Source: Takakia lepidozioides
Lineage: Eukaryota > Plantae > Bryophyta
NCBI GenBank assembly: GCA_030704615.1
Contig: CM060731.1
Span: 33,480,001-33,544,000 of the forward strand
Reading direction: 5' to 3'
Length of the DNA stretch: 64,000 bases
In this document: positions 16,053 through 28,875 of the stretch, in pieces
Numbering within the stretch: position 1 is the first letter of the stretch
Layout: every line of letters begins with the position of its first letter
The notes under the pieces: model-generated
What the model was told of the DNA's origin: nothing
Database searches by the model: none
What the model saw: only the letters and a program-made list of their open reading frames with translations
Made by a program: the position numbers and the translations under genes

Positions 16053-17439
16053 CAAAGGCATCCCATTTGGAGGATTACCACAACCAAGTCACGGTCACCT
16101 GGTTGAGGGTTTCGACCACTCGAGGATCCACTTATCATAATCCAAAAGATCAATGCGACAATCATGTAAATTATGTGATAGCGATCTCTGATTTTGTATT
16201 ATTATGGTATCATCAATCAGGTTCCCAGGGCCTCAGTCCCCTGATCCCCCCCACCGAAAAATAAAATAAAAATAAAAATCAAGTTGTTTTTGTTTTTGGT
16301 TTCGACCTACCAAGTGTTGGAAAAAAAAAAAAAAGTGTTGGTCTTGATAGTACTTTGTTCTGTTATAGGTGATGTGGATTGACCAGTGTGGTATGCTCTT
16401 GGCCCTCTCTACTCCCTTAGGAACCCCTTTTACCGTCTTCCCCCCCCCCCCTCCCCGGCCTATGGGTATGGGGTCAAGTCCCCTAGTGGTATGCCTCATG
16501 GCTCATACTAAAGGGGGTAGAATGTCGTTAGGTTAACGTAGCTGTTGGCTAACTTGTACTAACTTATAGCCGCATTTTTCCAAGGGTTTAAAAGAAAGAG
16601 CACTGAAATCACAGTGTCACTTCACCCCAAATAACTAGAGCCTTCTATCATTGGAAAGTGGACATTTTGAACCCTAGATCACATACGTATTAGGTTATGC
16701 ACAGGCAAGGCACATTTGACTACCTGCTCCACTACCTGCTTCAAGGGTTCAAATTTAAGTGCTTGCATTGTGCCGACGATAAGGTAGGTGTAACGGCGTT
16801 TATAACAACAACATAAAAATAGGTAGTAACTAGTAACTAGTAGCCTTTCATTTAACCCTAGCTCAGCTCAACCATAACAAATGCAGTAATGAGAGCGAGA
16901 TAAATACATAAAATTGAGCTTCATATGATCCTTTTTGCAGCTCAGTGAGAAATTAATACAATGCATTAAGACTTACTAGGGCCGCCGCCTTAGACTAGGG
17001 ACCAATACCAAAACAACTTGATCGATCCTATTGGTTGAGGCATTTTCTTGGTAGAAATAAATAAATAAATGAATTTAAAGAAGGGGAGCAAGCCAAGGTT
17101 AAATTGGTGATACTGGACGAAGACCAAGAAAGTTAGGAATGCCATTGCATCAACGACGTGGCGTTGATTACGGTCTAGGGACCAAGAAAGGAACCCATGC
17201 AATTTGGAGTTTCAAGGACCAATTCCCGTATGGAGACATTAAAATATAATTTTCTTAAATGATCGTGATAGTCAGTTAGAATCAATCTCAAATGTCGAGA
17301 GAGACCAGGATATTCAGCTAAATTTTGTGCAAACACTGAGAGTGATCCACGCAAGACAAATCCGCTCTGCGCTACCTTCCAAGCAACCTGGGAAGCACGA
17401 GATAAAAAGTGAAGTATGACGCCCCGAAGGGAGCGTAAC

Positions 17440-18951
17440 TTAACCCCTAATGGACGAGGCGACCTGAATTGGGTCGCCGGAAAATTTTGAATGGATGAAA
17501 ATCATCGAGATGATCTCGAATGAAATCGAGCTCGGAATGAAAAATGTAGGAAATTTAATTCTACGCCCCCTGTGTTGATGGCACCCTAAAAACCCTACAT
17601 GACAGCCGACAGGATTTTTTGGAAAGGGTGGGGGTACCCAAGAATCAAGGGTTTGGGACCCTCCAGCAGGGTTGACTTTACCACATGGCAGGTAGATGGG
17701 GCTAGGTCTTGGCATTTGCCGGCGACGGGTATCAGCGGGGCTCCACTAAAAGCGAGCAGACACAAAATAGCCCCCATGAGTTCATGGGTTTTCATGACGT
17801 GGCCCCTTTTTTTGGCCGGAATTATCTACCGGCTCAGGCAATACTTCGCCCGAGCTGGGATTCAAGTAGGAATTAAAATCTTTGCCTGCATTTTAGTTAG
17901 AAATCAGAAATTGTTTTTGGAGGTAGTAGGAAATCATTCAAGGAACAATTCCACCGTTGGAATTGTGGTTCCAATGCCAATTTGGACCCCTATGGCTGAA
18001 TTACATGTAAATGGTGCTTTTTGACCCCACTGTTTCATATACAAAGCAACCCTATGCAGATTTTGGAATTGTGCTTTGAAAATTTGGGGCAAGATGCAAA
18101 TGTACATGGTGTAGAATGAAGTTGCAGTCTGTCTTGTCATGCCCAAGTGGGTCACTTGGTTGCATGTTTGGAGTCTGATAAACTGCAAGCTGGTCCATCA
18201 AGATGCTTGTGTACACAGGTCTTGAATCTGTACAATGGCAGGTTATTCTTACCTACCCAAGAGGCCTTGCACGATGCAAGTCTTGGGGTACTTACAATTG
18301 GCCAAGTATGAAGCTGCAATATGGTTTGTCTTGCCCAAGAAGTGTACTTGGTTGCATGCTTGAAATCTGATTAATTGTAGGCTGGTCCTTCAAGGTACTT
18401 GTATGAACATATCCTGAATCTGTAGTAGAACAGGCTGTTCTTACCTACCCAAGGAGCCTTGCATGATGCACGTCTTGGGGTATTTACAAATGGCAAAGAG
18501 TGAAGCTGCAATATGTTTTGTCATGCCCAAGAAGATTACTTGGTTGCATGTTTGAAATCTGGTAAATTGCAGGCTGGTCCTTCAAGGTGCTTGTATGAAC
18601 ATACCTTGAATCTGTAGCAGGGCAGTCTGTTCTTACCTACCCACTGTGAATTGGAATGTGGTTGGGATCTTGCAAGGAAAAAATATTTTTTCGGACCAAC
18701 AGCCTGACAAATTCTTCTTTCTAAAATTGGAGTACACTACAGATTTAGGGCTTACCATTTTGTTATAATCTTCCTAATGACCCGGTAAAATGGGTCGGAA
18801 TTTTTACAGCAGGTGCCTGAGGTAGGTAGCCTTCCTTTCATATGGTTCATCCCTGTGGGTGTTTGTTAGCTGGGAGATATACACTCTTCTGTGAGGGTAT
18901 GTGCTGTTTTGGAGTGGGCCCACCAAAAACAGCCTCGTCCATTAGGGTTAA
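17440..18951. mobile_element. Non-autonomous piggyBac-type element with an internal ~193-bp tandem repeat
   Basis: TTAA-CCCCTAATGGACGAGGC ... GCCTCGTCCATTAGGG-TTAA; subterminal CGACCTGAATTGGGTCG. Confidence 0.85.
18110..18642. repeat. ~193-bp tandem repeat, about 2.8 copies
   Basis: Units beginning tgaag(t/c)tgca at about 18117, 18309 and 18501 share ttggttgcatg, gctggtcc and ttcttacctaccca. Confidence 0.85.
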
Positions 18952-18970
18952 CTCTTATTCGTTATTCCTC

Positions 18971-19795
18971 TTAACCCTTAAGTTCCCAAGCGACCTGAAT
19001 TGGGTCACTTTGAATTTGCAGTTCGACCTAATTTTTGCAGATCTAATCTGATGGGGCCCACTCCTGAAGCTTTAATGACAAGGGATTTGTCTCGAGTATG
19101 ATGCAAAAAACAAAAAAAAACAAAAGCTACGACTTGCAAAAAATATCTTAGATCTCTCATTTACGTTTTAGGGCCTGAAAAGGGCTTGGTGACTGCTGAT
19201 GTGGCAGTAAACAAGCCCAAAACAGATTGCACTCCAAAAGCCATTTTTGGCAGAAAATTAGCAATCTTGGAAAAAGCACTTCACCTTGTGGTGTGTGAGC
19301 ATTACATACACACATCCACCATTGGCTTTTAAAAAATTTGTAGAAAAAAAAGTACTTCATTTGGAGGCACATTTTCTCTTGTCAATTTTGAGATTTCAAC
19401 CCCCATGTAATTGCATGCAAAGCAACCATAGGTGAAAAAATCAATTGGACCTGCAATTTAGTGGGGTCATAGCCACTCCACTATTGATTTGGAAATGGTG
19501 GGTCTTGGGGCAACCAAAATTGGATAAAGCTAGGTTTTGATTTGGTCAAACCAATTTCTTTCTCACTTTTTCCTTGGGACCTGATATTTGAGGTCCGGGC
19601 CAACGCTATAATCTCACAATTTCCACGGTGGACTTGGCTCCTTTTTTGGTATGTCATGCATAAATGAGCTGGGCCCATTGCTATAAGGCTGGAATCTCTG
19701 GATGATTTTTGGTAGGTTTCTAGGAGCAATTTACTGCAGTTGGGTACCCAAAATTGGTAAAAAGTCAAAAAAGGGCTTGGGAACTTAAGGGTTAA
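18971..19795. mobile_element. Second non-autonomous piggyBac-type element
   Basis: TTAA-CCCTTAAGTTCCCAAGC ... GCTTGGGAACTTAAGGG-TTAA (perfect 17-bp TIR); same subterminal GCGACCTGAATTGGGTC motif. Confidence 0.88.
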
Positions 19796-21723
19796 GGTGT
19801 GTGTGCCTTATGGTGTACCATGGGGGGGGGGGGTTTAAGTTTTCCCCCCTTATTTTTTTCTTAGGGGATGGAGGCCCTGGAAAATTTAATGATTCCCCCT
19901 AATATTTCCAAATTATAAATGTCCCCGGTAAAAGAAAAGGAAAAAAAATGTCCATTGGGAAAGGTGAAGGCAATGGAAGGTCCTACACCTCACATAAAGT
20001 TTTCTTGATCTTGGTCCCATGGCCTTTACACACACCAACTATGGTCCCTACGATATTAATATTACCAAGGTCAGGGAATTGGTCCAAATGTTTCTTGCTC
20101 TTGCTCTTGGTAGCCTAGCAACTTACTAACTTTAACCTTTAAGAGAAAACTTGGGCCAAAGCAGTGGGTGCCAAGTAGGACAGCGGCGCGGTGTGTGTGG
20201 CTTTAACCAAGCTGCCATGTCAGCTGCCAGGTTGAACGTCCCAAGTTTATTTTGGTGACTAGTGTGTTGATGAGTCATGCAGCTAGTAATTTTTCCATCG
20301 ATCAGTCAGGCCATGACTCCCTGCAGGATACTCGGATTTGGCTGCTAGAGCAAATGGATCTGAGAAGAAGATTGGATGCTAACCATATTTGCTTCAGAAG
20401 TCACAGGATTTGGAGAGCCATCTACGGGATCATTGGCGGCAAGACGACGGTGAACTTACAAGTGCACACGGTCATGCTTGTCATGTTTGCAAGCAGACGA
20501 CTTGGTGTTTGTTAAAATTGCAGTACTCAATCTTCTCGTGCGTATTTGCTTTGTTGGTGGGTATTATGTATTTCTAGTACTGTGTCATCTGTGCATTTTC
20601 ATACAACATGCTTTCAGAACAATTTGCTACAGTTACACTCCACCAGAGATTCGCACGTCTTTGGCCCAGAAATAGTGGAATCATGCAGAACACACTATAG
20701 AACAGTACATGTGAACCAAAAGAAAACTTGGGCGATTCTTTTGATCAGTGCTTCCTGTGGAAACTGCCGCCATCGTGAAGAGATTAAAACATTAGTTGGG
20801 AGACGTACCGATGCATTGAAAACTCGTGATACAATGGAGTCAAGTAGACGGGCCCACTTCATGGAATTGTTCGGTAATTCCTAATATATCATCTGGAATA
20901 TTTAGCGGTATGACGTTCAAACATAATCCAAAAATGGCTTAACCTTCCGAGGTGCTCATTGGAATACTGGTTGTATGTGCACGTCGTCAACGAGAGTATT
21001 TGCCAAGTACCATCGTGGAAGTGCTTCCTTCACCGACGGATCGACTCATGTGGGCTTTGTTAAAGGCAGCAGGCTCGTACTGATGACTGTATTGTTTGTT
21101 TGCAAGCATTTGAAGCCGATCAATACGTCACCTTTGAGAGGCGAGAACATTGTTCTACAATCTACAACGAATAGCAATTCAGTACATAGACATTCCCCCA
21201 TCTTTCTAGGTACATAGTCTTATTTAAGTTGCTTGTTGTTGCATTTCTTCTTTCACTCTTGTTCCTCACCAAGGTGGGCATTTTGTGGTCGCCCTCTTGG
21301 GAGGAATTGAAGTAGCAGCCCAGATACTGCGTGCGTCTGTTGTAACTTGTTTCTATCTCCATGCAGACTGTGTTACAAGATATTCATGAACCTTTGACAC
21401 GGTCGTGTTGTGTACTGCAAGTTCTGTAGGACCCTGCGCCTGCTCCTGTAGGAGACATATCAAAATGGTCAGTAGACTATGATCTCTCTCTCTCTATGAT
21501 CAGATCAAGTACTTGTACTTACGTGAGATCCAAAGATCCTATCGGGGCCAAATCGTGACAACAATCTAGATCATTTCTTGTCAACTCGCCGGTATATTTA
21601 GCTATCACAGTACAATTGCTCGATTTTCCTTCGAGATATATTATCCAGTGCGGTGCCAAGATTGACACCGTAGTGGAACGCTGTAAGAGGAGGATATATT
21701 CTGAAGCCCGGAGTTACTCAGGT

Positions 21724-24262
21724 ATGAGATTCATGGCAGTTCAAAATCGAGTGACAGTACTCGCTCTAGTAGTAGCATTGACCTGGCTTCAAATCGCCGG
21801 CCGGGCGACCAGCATCAGTTTGGAGAACTCACAATTCAACGAGAGTTTTTCCGTGGTGTGGGAGGACCAGAATGTGGCGGTCGTCGATGAAGGGAAGACC
21901 CAAGCCATTCAGCTCACCCTCAACCAAGCCTCGGGTAGACCGAATCCTGATTGAAACTGAGAGTTTGTGTAATCTTCGTGAGAGCATCAATTGAGCACAA
22001 CCTATGTTCAGTCTGCATAAAGTAATATCTAGTGGTACAGGTACATGTCTAATTCCCAGATTGAACTTTGTAATGCTTGAGCAAACTTGTGAAGGCATTG
22101 CACCATCGACTTATTGTACAGTGGTGGGAGAAAATCCTCCCGGCGCAGAGACCCCCTACGCATTCCAGACCTGTACATAAACCTTGATTGAACATGTATT
22201 TGAATTTTCTGTGCATAGCAGAGCAGGCCTGAGCTTCGTACCCCTTAAATCTGCAGTTTAATCACTGCAACAGAAAGACAAGGGAGTGTTGAGCAGATCT
22301 CTGACAATGCGTACATGGCGTAGGGTGTGCTATTGGATCCAAACACACGTACTTGTACGGGTACTTTCGAGCATCCATGCGGCTGATCCCTGGCAACTCC
22401 GCGGGCACCCTCGCCTCTTTCTATGTGAGTACTCGACCATTCGCACCCGCCTCTGTTCATGTTTGGACGTCTGATTATCTCTCCGCCATTGAATGATAGC
22501 CAAGAGCATTTCATTGTATCTACTTCTCCTACCATCGCTCACGCGGGCGGGGATAGTGACGGTCCCCCATTTAGCCATTGTAGCTCGAGTTTAGGGGTAA
22601 AGGCGTGCTCTGGATACCAGTACATTTGCACCCCCTTTCCAGATCGTGAATGTACATACATTTTTAGTTATCGCTCTGGGTGCTGTTTGGGGTTCTCCTT
22701 CTTACGGTACTAGCAGCATGGTCAATTGAGGAGAAACATCGGAGGCCCGAAAAACCTTCAATTCAGCAGTACTGTTAGTGTATTTCTCTTGCGCTCCACA
22801 TAATCTCATATATAATCTGATGCCAGGCCACAACGTGGTTTACGTTCCACGGGGTTGAGATTGTGATGGTAGTGTTTTTTCAGCTGGAAAACGTTTCCAG
22901 AAAGCTACAGTTACGTCAAAGACGTTGTCGTGAGTGCAGTTTGATGAAACTTCTCTTTGCGCGAGCCATCAACATAATTATTCGGTACTGGTCACGGTCC
23001 AGCCGTAAGCGAGTCTTTAGAAATGTCTTGGGGAATTATTAAATCTGAGCCAAATGACCATTGAAGGCAATGGCATCTCCTTACATATTATACAAACGGT
23101 ATCTCAGTGTGAGCCCACTTCTCTCCACTCGGGTCTTTCCGAGACTTTGTTCCCAGATCTGTAAACTCGGGCCCCTTCTTATTTGTGTTCTACCATCACA
23201 TGATCTCCATCTATATTCTTCGACTACCTACCCTGCTTCCTCACGCTTCTTTGACCTCTGTGCAGCTCTCATCAAATACAAATAATCACGACGAACTGGA
23301 CTTCGAGTTTCTGGGGAACGTAACAGGGCAGCCCTATGTGCTGCAGACCAACGTGTTTGCTAACGGCACTGGAGGCAGAGAGCAGCGCCACAGTCTGTGG
23401 TTCGACCCACGAGATGGCTTCCATAACTACTCCGTCCTCTGGAACCAGTATCAAATCGTGTAAGCCTTTCACAGCCATTTTAAGTTTTCCTCTGTAGGAG
23501 GCGTGCTTTAATGATCACAACAAACACCTCAAGACGATCAAACCCAGTTCGATCTACAGATGATGGTGAAATGTGACGGTTTTCTTCTCTGGAAATGCAG
23601 ATTCTATGTGGACGGAGTGGTGATCAGGGCGTTCCAGAACCACCAAGCCGCGGGCCAGGCTTACCCATCCAACCAGGCCATGGGGATCTATGCCAGCATC
23701 TTTAATGCGGATCAGTGGGCCACAAGGGGGGGCCTCGACAAGATCGATTGGTCTGCAGCTCCCTTTGTGGCATCTTACACAAACTTCGCACATGATGGCT
23801 GTGTCTGGGACACTAGCTTTCCCATTCCCAGCTCATGCGTTAGTAAAGGTACGAGACTTTCACCTTACTGACGAGTTCCTTATCAATTGAGACACAAATA
23901 ACTTTGAGGAAAGCTCATTATAGAGCTTACTGAACTGTACCACAAAACAAGACAGAAAAGTGGACCCCAACAACAACCATAAAACTACGATTCCACTTGA
24001 AGAGAATCTGAACGGTGGAGAGTTCTAACTTCTCAAAAAGTGAGAGATCTCCAATCATCGTTGTAGACTTACGTTTAACACAAGAAAGATTGGCCCTGTG
24101 ATGGCAGGACATTGGTGGGATGCGGTGCAGCATCAAACATTGGGGTATGCTCTGGCCGGCCAGCTTGAATGGGCCAAGCAAACGCTTCTCCTCTACGACT
24201 ATTGCACTGACTCCATCCGCTATCCCACACCACCCTATGAATGCACAGTTCCTGTTTACTGA
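21724..24262 (+). CDS. XTH: Xyloglucan endotransglucosylase/hydrolase (GH16 plus XET_C), 5 exons: 21724-21934, 22324-22424, 23266-23459, 23601-23848, 24108-24262
   Basis: Signal peptide [17 protein letters not shown]; [14 protein letters not shown]; catalytic [14 protein letters not shown]; WNQYQIVFYVDG; [10 protein letters not shown]; C-terminal [17 protein letters not shown]. Start may be 21733. Confidence 0.93.
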
Positions 24263-24329
24263 CCCCACACTTGTAACTCTTTGCTTCACATGGCCCCATT
24301 CTGTAGTAACAGTCTTAATTGTTACACCA

Positions 24330-24553
24330 GCCAAGTTGTAGCCCAGTGGTAATGGGCACATACTACCTCGGAAGTGGTTTTGTGTTGTCACGAAGGTGTC
24401 CACCTAGGCCATAACCCTTGAAGAGAGTCAAATGTTATTATTACACCATGTGCTTGGTGTCACAAAGGTGTCCACCTTCCTAGCAGTATCCCTTTTGGTT
24501 GAAGAGACACCAGAATCTACGCTTCATTTTGGGAGGCGTCAAATATTATTATT
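24330..24553 (+). mobile_element. Second, rearranged copy of the tRNA-derived SINE (B-box lost, internal duplication), just 3' of XTH
   Basis: ccaagttgtagcccagtggtaatgggcacatactacctcggaagtgg and gggaggcgtcaaatattattattac match 15908-16052. Confidence 0.65.
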
Positions 24554-25989
24554 ACATCATGTGCGCAATTCTATGCCATGTCACCTTCCACACATGGGAG
24601 GATAGATCTCAATCTTCAGTGGTACCTACTGAAACCTACAAAACATTTAAAGCAGTTTAACACTTGAAGAGATATACAATTAGATGCATATGGACCTTAT
24701 AAACATTTTCACTGCATGTGTAATGATACAAATAAATGAAATAACAACATTGCAATTGATGTATTCAACAATGTGAGTGATTATTTGTATGATCCGATCT
24801 ATCTCTCCTCTCTACATAACAATGAGAGTTCTAATTGATCATTTCATCACATCATAACTTGTCTACCTTTTGCTCTAGAACCTCTCTAGAAATGCTATAC
24901 AACCATTTCTAAGCTCTTTCAATGGATGGTTGGTGTGTCAATATAAAGGACATACATTCATCCATTCAAACTTTGGTCCTCTGAATATTTCACAATCTTT
25001 TCCATAGTATCCGCGTTGTTTTATTATTATTTATCTTCTGCAACCTCCTACCCTATTTCCTCCCTCTAACCAACAACACACAAAGCAACCACTATTGCAG
25101 TAACAACTTGCAACCAGCCTCACATTCGTTTGTCTTCTGCCCAATTGGCGTCTAATGTTAGTTGCACAATAACTAAAGCTACAAAATATAAATATTGAGG
25201 TTTATATGGGAAAGCAAGAGGATTCTCCCAATGAAGCATAAATTTATATATATATATATATATATATATACAATTTTTAATAGTGTCACTTCATTAAGCG
25301 CAAAATATAAAAACTTGATAATATTAACAAACATTTGAAAAGATAAGTTGGCTTACCTTGGCTAATATTACATGTTAAACTAACAACTGACATTTGAAAA
25401 ATGAATGAGAATTGTGGATTAGTAGTCACGGGCAGCTGCTGGAAATGGTGCCTTCCGCAGTGTTGTGCTGCTTGAGAGAGAGAGGAGAGTGTCGACAAGG
25501 AAGCATCAATAACATGAAAACGTTGCATGGTGGAATCATTTCAACTCGCCGCAACAGGGCGGGATGTTTAGTCATGCGTTGCCAAGCTGAGACGATGCCA
25601 TGTGAGAACTTCACAGACGCGGCTTGAACATGCAGGTGGGTGGACATCCGGTTGTGAATAGCCATTGAAAACAAGAGGATAAAAAAACAACATGATAAAA
25701 TTATGGAAATATAGCTTAAGCGGAGCTTTGAAAAGAGGTTGATCTTGCTGGGCAGGTAGAGGGGAGAAGAACAGCAAGGCAGCAGCGCGACGAGCTGAAG
25801 CTTGCGCCATGGCGGTTGCCATAGCTAGAAAGAAAGTAAGGGTTAGAGTAGCGACATTGTTAACAGTTGAAGAAAATGAGACTGTAAAACCGAGAAGATG
25901 GCAGACCCCTAAAAATTAGTCATGACTACGGGATTTAGCTAAGGTTGGCGGTGGGAGAGCGGAGCTCCGCCCTCCCGTTCTAATCTCGA

Positions 25990-27193
25990 GATCATTTATT
26001 CATCATCCTCGAGCAAACCCTTTTCACATGAAGACTGTTGGAAACCTTGCTGCAGAAAACCTTGCTACTCATCTTGCTACGATTCACAAAGAGCTTACAT
26101 TCCACCTCGCAGAAGCTCAAAAACAATACAAGGAGTATGCAGATCAACGTTGCTAACTCCAACCCCAGTTCAAGGTCGGAGATCGTGTGTGGCTTCTTCG
26201 ACGGGACATGCAAACCTTGCGACTATTAAGGAAATTGGATTATCAACGCCTGTGACCATTCAAAATTATTCGACAAATAAATCCGGTCAGTTTTCGGCTT
26301 GAACTCCCACGAAGTATGCGCATCCATCCAGTCTTTCAGGTTTCATTATTGGAGTTGTATCATCCATCGAATATTCCAGGAAGAGTCTCCGTACCACCTC
26401 CACCAATCGAAGTCAATCAGGAAATTGAGTATGAAGTCGACGAAGTCTTAGACTCTCGCATCAAGTATAAACGTCTTGAATATTTCGTATATTAAAAAGG
26501 CTACGACATCAGCGAACGAACGTGAGAACCTTCATCCAACCTCGCCAATGCATCTGACAAAGTCCAAGAGTTTCATCAACGATATCCAGCTAAGCCCTGA
26601 GCTACACGTCAATAAGACGTCACAATAATGGTGTCAGCCAAGTTAGCTTCAAGGTGAAGACTCCACATTCAATGTACCTGATACACGCTAAGGAAGGAGG
26701 AGACCACACATCAGTATATATAGCTATACTTCTAACACTCTTGCATTGTATTGACAGTTTGGAGTCATAGGAACCAGATACATTGGAGTTGTTGCTTACC
26801 CAGCTACCAGATCAGCCGTTCCGACTTTCACGACCTTGAACATCACGCCGAAGCTCTCGAGACGATGGGTCACCAATGCAACGCGTACTTCCTCGTCTGG
26901 ACCCCGTACGACGGCAAGTGGAGCTTACTCGAAGTCTGATAATTCTGCTGGAGGTTAAGGTTTCGGACGCAGGGGGCAACGAAATCATGTTTGAAGGTAG
27001 CTTCGAGTATCAGAATGCTCAAATCACTGCGTGGTCCCAAGTTTAAGGTGTTGGACAATATCGATGGTTGTAGGGACCTATAAATCATTTAGTCAAGAAC
27101 GTATCATTCGCCGAATTTTGAATTTTCTCCAACTCTAAGCAAGTCCAAGATTTTACCGCCCCTCGAGGAACTCGGCGCTAGAAGAGGGGGTGA
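25990..27193 (+). mobile_element. Decayed chromovirus (Ty3/gypsy) 3' end: integrase C-terminus, chromodomain and PPT
   Basis: [35 protein letters not shown] and [33 protein letters not shown]; purine tract agaagagggggtga at 27180-27193. Confidence 0.85.
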
Positions 27194-27748
27194 TATCACA
27201 GACATTGCCCAGAGGAATTTATCAGGATTAAATACCAGAAGTTATCGAGTTACCATGTTACCGGAAATTACCACAACTTACCGTAATTTATCATGATTTA
27301 CCATTACTTACCAAGTTACCAGGAGTTTACCAAATTACCAAGAGTAATTTGAGAAACTCCTGAGGAAGCTTCCTTTGGAGGAAACTTCTCCATCAAGGTA
27401 CCTCATTTGCTTAAGGATAGTAGCCAGTATATATAGGAGGCGAGACTGGACACTCTTCAGTCTCGTCAACACCAGTTCAAGCCACTCTTATTTCCAGTCC
27501 CCAGAACTCCAGTCCAGTTCCCAGTACTCTAGCCCAGTTTCCAGTATCTGGTACTCCAGTCCAGTTTCCAATATTCCAGTATTCAAGTCATGTTCCAATA
27601 TCTTGTACTCTTGTTCATTGTTATAAAGATCATCTTGATTCTTATTTACTCATCGTGCATACAGCCACGCCGACCTTGACTTCTTGTCTAGTCTTGTACC
27701 TCTAGGCTGATCTCTTGTTTGTGTTCAGTCATGTTCTCGTCTTTGACA
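27194..27748 (+). mobile_element. 3' LTR of the decayed chromovirus
   Basis: Follows the PPT; starts tatcaca (decayed TGTCACA) and ends ttgaca; TATA-like tatatata at about 27428; similar to the solo LTR at 42316. Confidence 0.7.
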
Positions 27749-28875
27749 TAGTCCGAGTAATTTGTAGATGTCATTCACCCCAAATAACACACCAGAAGAC
27801 CAACCAGAACGGGGAAAATATATATATATATACATGTTTTTTTTTTTTTTTTTTTTTTTTCTTGAAAAACTTGCAAATGAACCCAACCCCTACTTTACAA
27901 GCAAAAGACTTGGCGTTTACCCGGCATGGATTTCTGGTCACTTGGATGTGACAACGAATCATAAGTTATATAGTCCGAGCAATTTGTAGATGTCATTCAC
28001 CCCAAATAGCACACCAGAAGACCAGCCAGATTAAGATGGCATCAACGCCACCTTAATCTAGCACATTCGGGGAAAAAAAAAACGGATTAAGGTGCTAGAT
28101 TAAGGTGGCGCATTCGGGGAAAAAATAAAAAAATAAAAAAATCGGATTTTTTTTGTTTTGTTTTTTTTGGGAAAACTTGCAGACAAATTTTGGGTTGTCA
28201 TGTTATGCGGAGGCTGCAGCGGGCGATTTAGTCTCCTCTCATCTCCTCCTCCTGTGCTTTACGACAGAGATGGTTTTATGCAGAGCAGAGCTAGTGTCTT
28301 CACAGACAGTTGTGCCTTCGTTTTGGATACTGACTCCAATAACAGTTGATATTCTTCGTCGGAATGAATCGACTATTTTCAAACGATTTTTATTAAAGCA
28401 CCAAATGGCCTCTCCACCTTCTTTGCAATTAGGTGTGAGCATCTCTCTCGACTTAGGATACCTGGTAAAAAGACAACCACAACTCTCATCAGTTGGCAGG
28501 GGTTCATTCTGGAGCTCGGGGGATTCGGCAACCACTACTGAAAAATGCTTTTTAATTTTTCATTCATCCACAAACTACATTCATCCATGTGCAATTAGTC
28601 TAGCAGACATTCATCCATCATTCATCCGTCATTCATCCATAACGACCTTGTCAGTATAAATGTTATACCGACACTACCCACAGTAATAGGTTATCTAAGC
28701 CTAAACATATATCCGCGGTTATAGGCACGAGTAGATCCTGAAGCATGAGCAGAATTTTGTTTACGGAATTTTCTGCTCACGGATTCTGCTCACGCTTCAG
28801 CAATCCCCGACAGAATTCTGCAGGGTGGTGGTAACTCGTGGATGTAGGGGCAGTTAGGGCCGGGTGCATGTGCTA

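Noticed and set aside
24755-25120. Possible additional LTR relic
   Set aside because: Could not identify termini, TSD, PBS or PPT
25568-25822. ORF starting MATAMAQ that resembles a transit peptide
   Set aside because: No recognisable downstream domain or consistent splicing
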